A stretch of DNA of 49,074 bases from Promethearchaeota archaeon (lineage in GTDB: Archaea > Asgardarchaeota > Lokiarchaeia > Sigyniarchaeales > SOKP01), in NCBI GenBank assembly GCA_004524365.1, contig SDNL01000002.1, forward strand, positions 1-49,074. Direction: 5' to 3'. Position numbers and translations under genes: made by a program. Positions 44,596-49,074 of the stretch are shown piece after piece; positions within the stretch are counted from its first letter, which is position 1; every line of letters starts with the position of its first letter. A model generated the notes under the pieces. It saw nothing but the letters and a program-made list of their open reading frames with translations. It ran no database searches and was not told the origin of the DNA.

Positions 44596-45384
44596 TTAAG
44601 GATATTTATCGTATAAATCTTTGATAATTTCATCTAATTCCCTTTGTGAATAACTCTCATAGGCAAGTTCTCCACATTTATCTTCTAGATCATACCATCG
44701 TTCAATAGTTTTATTATTCATTATGGTTAAGGAGGATTTAATGAGATGCATAAACGATTCCTTACGTTTACTAAAAGTTCGCATAAATTTTTTAGTTTCA
44801 ATTTCTAATCTATCAAGAGGGAATACCCGCGTTGGGAAATTTAAATTTTTCAATTTTTCCAAACCAATTTTATCGGAAGTTAAAAGAAGATTCTTGGCAT
44901 AGCTTAAACCAAAAGCTAATAATGGTAAAATGGTAGCTCCAGTTTGAGGGTAAATTCCTATCGCAATTTCAGGCATTCGGAAAAACATTTCATCTCTTGG
45001 TCTATCAGCAAATATTCGAAGATCACTTGCCATTACAATTTCAAAACCAAACCCTATGGCGGTCCCTTGGACTTGCACAACGATAGGTTTCTTCATTAAA
45101 AGCATTATTTTTGTTACTTTACGACCAAGGTCTCTCATTTTCATTAAATATTCCGTATCATCTGCAGAAGCAGCTCTTATATCGATACCAGAACTAAAAG
45201 CATTCTCTCCAGTGCTTTTTAACAAGATACATTTTATAGAGCCATTATTATGGGCTTTTATAAGCGCATCATAGAGCCCTTTCATTAAATTCCAATTGAA
45301 TGCATGAGCCATTTTTGGTCTATTAAGAGTTATTATAGCAATACTTCTCCTTTTTTTATACAAAATTATTTCTTCTTCACTCAT
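44596..45384 (-). CDS. enoyl-CoA hydratase/isomerase (crotonase) family protein
   Basis: ITLNRPKMAHAFN, FSSGIDI, GTAIGFGFEIVMASDLRIF. ATG at 45384; the ORF track uses an upstream TTG at 45396. Confidence 0.8.
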   Translation of the reverse strand: MSEEEIILYKKRRSIAIITLNRPKMAHAFNWNLMKGLYDALIKAHNNGSIKCILLKSTGENAFSSGIDIRAASADDTEYLMKMRDLGRKVTKIMLLMKKPIVVQVQGTAIGFGFEIVMASDLRIFADRPRDEMFFRMPEIAIGIYPQTGATILPLLAFGLSYAKNLLLTSDKIGLEKLKNLNFPTRVFPLDRLEIETKKFMRTFSKRKESFMHLIKSSLTIMNNKTIERWYDLEDKCGELAYESYSQRELDEIIKDLYDKYP

Positions 45385-45583
45385 TTTACTATTCAATGCT
45401 AAAAGTACTAAATTTTAATTATTTTACAAAAAGAAAAGGAATATAAAAATTTTCTTTATATATAACAAGAAATTCAAGGAATAACATATCCCAGCTTAAA
45501 TTTCTTAAGAAAGAAAAATAAAAATGATATGGATACATTTGTTAAATAAGTTCTATTAAACTATTTTAGTATTTGAATTTAAA

Positions 45584-46615
45584 ATGGAAGACAAATTATC
45601 CTATGAGATCTCTGAGATTGAAGATGTAATACAGATTAAAATTGATGTACCTTTCGACGTAAAGTTTGTATATGTATACCTTTTAAAGATAAAAGAGGAA
45701 TATATTTTATTTGATGCTGGTTTAAATATGGGTAATTGGCCAAAAAGTTTTTTCGCTGCACTTAAAAGAATTGGGGTATCCCCCAAAAATTTGAGTCATT
45801 GCATAATTTCTCATAATCATATGGACCACATTGGATTAATTGGAAAGCTTCGTCGTAAAAATCCTTCGATCCAGATAGCGATGCATGATATCACTAATAA
45901 AAAGATGAAGTGGGAAACTAATCCTGAAAATTTTTCCAAAGTGAAAGAAGAGACCAAAAAATTAACATCTCAATTGATAAGATATGGATTAAATGAAGAG
46001 CAAGGCAAAAGGATTATCCGTTATTTTCTCACTTGGCCCAAAATGAAAAAATATTATAAGCCTGACATTATTCTTGAAAATAATGACTGCCTTTTAATAA
46101 GAAATGATAAGTTAAATGTTATATGGACCCCAGGACATGCTCTGGGCCACATTTGTATTTATGAAGAGAAGAGAGGATATTTATTTTCTGGGGATCATAT
46201 TCTTTCTCGCATCACACCCCATATTGGTATTTTTATAATTAATGATTCAATTCGAGAAAAATATAAAGATTTTGATTTCGAAAATATATTAAAATTTTAT
46301 TTAAATTCCTTAGAAGAGATCCGAAAATTAAATCCTAAAATAATTTTCCCCGCACATCAAGAAGTTATTTATGATCCTATTGAGCGGATTAATGCAATAA
46401 AAAAACATCACGAAAAAAGATTGCATGAAATTTCAGATGTAATAAAAGGAAATCCAATGACGCCATATGAAATATCTAAAATACATTTTGGAGAATTGGA
46501 TGAAATTAATTCCTTTTTAGCCCTAAGTGAAGTATTAGCCCATTTAATTTATTTAGAAAGCCAAGGAAAGGTTCAGAGAAAGGAAAAGAATCAAAAAATT
46601 TTCTTTATAACTTAG
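45584..46615 (+). CDS. MBL-fold metallo-hydrolase
   Basis: The HxHxDH motif appears as SHNHMDHIG, followed by TPGHALGH and FSGDH. 343 aa. Confidence 0.8.
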   Translation: MEDKLSYEISEIEDVIQIKIDVPFDVKFVYVYLLKIKEEYILFDAGLNMGNWPKSFFAALKRIGVSPKNLSHCIISHNHMDHIGLIGKLRRKNPSIQIAMHDITNKKMKWETNPENFSKVKEETKKLTSQLIRYGLNEEQGKRIIRYFLTWPKMKKYYKPDIILENNDCLLIRNDKLNVIWTPGHALGHICIYEEKRGYLFSGDHILSRITPHIGIFIINDSIREKYKDFDFENILKFYLNSLEEIRKLNPKIIFPAHQEVIYDPIERINAIKKHHEKRLHEISDVIKGNPMTPYEISKIHFGELDEINSFLALSEVLAHLIYLESQGKVQRKEKNQKIFFIT

Positions 46616-46655
46616 ATATTTTATTCATATTAAGAGAAGATAAAATAATAGATAA

Positions 46656-48209
46656 TTAATTTGAGATTTTCTCTGCTATACTCGGTATAATCTGTTCTTC
46701 GATCTTAAACTTTTCGCCGGTTTTTACTTTAAACCTTTCGGATTTTTCGATCATCTTTTTTAATTCTTCTGAAACCCTAGATTGAGAAATTCCTTGTGAG
46801 CGTAACATATTTAAACCCCCTTTCATCGCTTGTTTTATAAAATTGGGGATCATATACGACATCCAATTAAATTTACCGAAAGGATTTAAATATCTCTTTA
46901 TCACCATTTTTAACCATCGTCCACTGAGGTAATATGATGCGTATGCTTCCATAACGAGTTCATACATTTCCATTGCTGATAATTCATCTGTATTCATCAT
47001 AGTTTGAAATAAATTGTAGCGGCGATAATTATCAGTCACAACTTTTCCTTCAGCTTTCATCTCGTCGTAGAATTGAGTTCCAGGGAATGCCGTAATGGGT
47101 GTAAATTGGACACAAGTTAAATCAAGCGATTTGGTAAATTGTATTGTTTGGCGTACCATTTTCTTTGTCTCTCCAGGATAACCAATAATTACTCCTCCAA
47201 AGATAGAAATTCCCCTGTCTTGGAGGGCGTTTACCACCTCTCGCGTCATTTTTGGTGTAGTATTTTGTTTATTCATTGCATTAAGACTCTGTTGATGTAC
47301 AGACTCAATACCGAGAAATACTTGCCTCATACCTGCTTTATGCATAAGATCAATTAGCCATGGGTTTCGATCAAGGGTATCTATTCGAGATTGACAACTA
47401 AATAACATCTTATTTGGAATTCCAGCTTTAATAATAGTGTCAAGAATCTTTTTAGTTCTCCTTACATTAATCGTAAAATTATCCTCGCAGAAGAAAATAA
47501 AATCATTTTTCCAGTTAATATCATAGATTTCTTGCATTATTCTTTTTACACTTTTCGTTCTATAGGAAAGCTTAGGATCTTGCCACATTTTATGAATACA
47601 ACAGAATTTACATGAATACGGGCATCCTCGGGAGCTTTCTAATGTCCCCAATCTAGCTCCTAAATAGAGATAATCTTTATAATCTATCAAATCACGGTTA
47701 GGGATAGGGAAATTATCCAAGTTAGGTTCTAAAGGTCTATCCTCAGTATGAATAATTCTTCCATTTGCATTTTTATATGATATACCTTTGATTTCTTTTT
47801 TAGAAATTCCTGTTGGATTACCATCAAGAAAGGTAATTAATTCTTTAAATGTATGTTCTCCCTCTCCACGTACTATAAAATCAACATAATCTTTTTGCGC
47901 AGAAAAATCAGGAGATAAAGTCGGATGATAACCTCCAATAATTGTTTTACATCCTTGGTTTTTAGCAATTTCAGCAATATTTAGGGCACTATAAATTTGG
48001 GGTGTCATACTTGTTAATGCTACAATATCATGGCGGTTTAGTTCACTTTTTAATGCTTTTTCATTATAATCTTGAACTTTATAATCGATCAAAGATGCTT
48101 CATGCTCAGGTACCATTCCAGCCAGAGTTAGTAAATTTAAGGGTTGTCCTTGAATCACATAATCTAGTCCCGCTCGAATTCTGCCGGGATTTATATATAA
48201 TATTTTCAT
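46656..48209 (-). CDS. B12-binding-domain radical SAM protein (class B)
   Basis: N-terminal Rossmann-like B12 domain (ALTSMTPQIYSALNIAEIAK..GCKTIIGGYHPT) and the radical SAM cluster motif GCPYSCKFC. 517 aa. Confidence 0.8.
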   Translation of the reverse strand: MKILYINPGRIRAGLDYVIQGQPLNLLTLAGMVPEHEASLIDYKVQDYNEKALKSELNRHDIVALTSMTPQIYSALNIAEIAKNQGCKTIIGGYHPTLSPDFSAQKDYVDFIVRGEGEHTFKELITFLDGNPTGISKKEIKGISYKNANGRIIHTEDRPLEPNLDNFPIPNRDLIDYKDYLYLGARLGTLESSRGCPYSCKFCCIHKMWQDPKLSYRTKSVKRIMQEIYDINWKNDFIFFCEDNFTINVRRTKKILDTIIKAGIPNKMLFSCQSRIDTLDRNPWLIDLMHKAGMRQVFLGIESVHQQSLNAMNKQNTTPKMTREVVNALQDRGISIFGGVIIGYPGETKKMVRQTIQFTKSLDLTCVQFTPITAFPGTQFYDEMKAEGKVVTDNYRRYNLFQTMMNTDELSAMEMYELVMEAYASYYLSGRWLKMVIKRYLNPFGKFNWMSYMIPNFIKQAMKGGLNMLRSQGISQSRVSEELKKMIEKSERFKVKTGEKFKIEEQIIPSIAEKISN

Positions 48210-48632
48210 AATTGATTTAACTCTTTTTTTATAGTTTTTTCACAAAAAGCAGTTAATTATTAGGATTCAGAAGTAATTAGTAATTTATTCAAGAATAGAA
48301 ATAATTATATGCTATTAAGTTTTAAAAACGATTTCTATATATTTGGATAAAAGAAAAATGAATAATTAAATTTTACTTTCTTATTTCTTAAATTTATTCC
48401 TAGAATGAGAAGAGTTCAGAAATTCATTTAAAAAAATTTGAGTATATTTTTTTAATAATATAGAATATAAAAATTATATCTATCATAACAAATTTTCTTA
48501 TAAACCTAATTAATACTCATCCAAACCAATAATATAAAATTTATTTTTAAAGAGTACAATACATAAAGATTTAAAATCGATAAGAATAAAAAGAATATAA
48601 AAAACTTAATTTATATTATATCTACAATATTA

Positions 48633-49074
48633 TTAAGACGATTTCTTAGCTCTAAGAGCAAGGATTTGATTTTCAATTTTGAATGTTTCCCCAGTTTCTT
48701 CCTTAACTCTCTCAGAAATATCAACCATATTTTTTAATTCGTCTGAGATCATAGATCGAGATATACCTTGAGTGTGGAGCATTTCTAAACCACCCTTCAT
48801 CGCTTGTCTAATAAATTTAGGGATTATCCAAAACATCCAATTAAATTTACCGAAAGGATTCGCGTAGCGTTTGGCAACAGTCTTTAACCATTTGCCACTT
48901 AAATAATAGGACGCATATGCTTCCATGACTAATTTATACATTTCTTCTGCAGATAACTCGTTTGTTCTCATCATGGAATGAAATAGATTGTATCGTCTAT
49001 AGTTTTCAGTCACCACTCTTCCTTTAGACTTCATCTCATCATAAAATTGAGTTCCTGGAAAGGCGGTAATAGGA
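48633..49074 (-). CDS. B12-binding radical SAM protein paralog, 5' part beyond the window
   Basis: The reading frame stays open upstream of the listed Met. The window end translates to PITAFPGTQFYDEMKSKGR, matching TPITAFPGTQFYDEMKAEGK of the neighbour. The C-terminal 133 aa are clearly paralogous (FGKFNWM, AMKGGL.ML..QGIS). Confidence 0.8.
   Translation of the reverse strand, partial: PITAFPGTQFYDEMKSKGRVVTENYRRYNLFHSMMRTNELSAEEMYKLVMEAYASYYLSGKWLKTVAKRYANPFGKFNWMFWIIPKFIRQAMKGGLEMLHTQGISRSMISDELKNMVDISERVKEETGETFKIENQILALRAKKSS

Noticed and set aside
1-49074. Search for tRNA, rRNA, CRISPR arrays, transposases, integrases or prophage genes
   Set aside because: No GC-rich cloverleaf-sized islands occur in intergenic regions. 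There are no regularly spaced short repeats. No ORF has DDE, tyrosine/serine recombinase or phage structural motifs.

Overview
AT-rich, densely coded archaeal chromosome segment with about 52 protein genes. Hand GC counts of sampled 60-nt lines gave roughly 27% in lineage-specific genes and 40-50% in conserved enzymes. I found no rRNA, tRNA, CRISPR array, transposase or integrase. Archaeal hallmarks: an RNAP subunit D / L18e / uL13 / uS9 cluster, an Sm-like protein, RIO2 kinase, archaeal/eukaryal-type TrpRS, a Clp1-like kinase, a four-subunit 2-oxoacid:ferredoxin oxidoreductase (gamma-delta-alpha-beta order), and GAGGTGA-type Shine-Dalgarno motifs before internal operon genes. Housekeeping genes: msrB, hisI, trpS, glyA, aroA/aroC, trmI. 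Between them lie proteins that look like eukaryotic-signature proteins, which points (inference) to an Asgard/Lokiarchaeia-like genome. These are a Rag/Gtr-like GTPase with a roadblock-type C-terminal domain (4054-5013), a Rab-derived pseudo-GTPase two genes away (5880-6932), a polytopic membrane protein with a roadblock/longin-like tail (28528-29631), a gelsolin-like domain fused to a 4-5 TM anchor and overlapping the RIO2 gene (39919-40740), and a PPP phosphatase. Other notable items: two hypothetical proteins sharing an N-terminal Zn-ribbon module; a stand-alone gamma-class N6-adenine methyltransferase with no nuclease, next to an AbrB/PhoU-like gene; a PLP enzyme with a Cys/Trp-rich tail; a split DUF4140/DUF4139-like pair; a near-perfect 2 x 135 bp in-frame tandem repeat; and tandem B12-radical-SAM paralogs. 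Both window edges cut genes. The first, a DHCR24-like FAD oxidase on the minus strand, is missing from the ORF track because it has no stop in the window. All family calls come from motif reading by eye, not from database searches.
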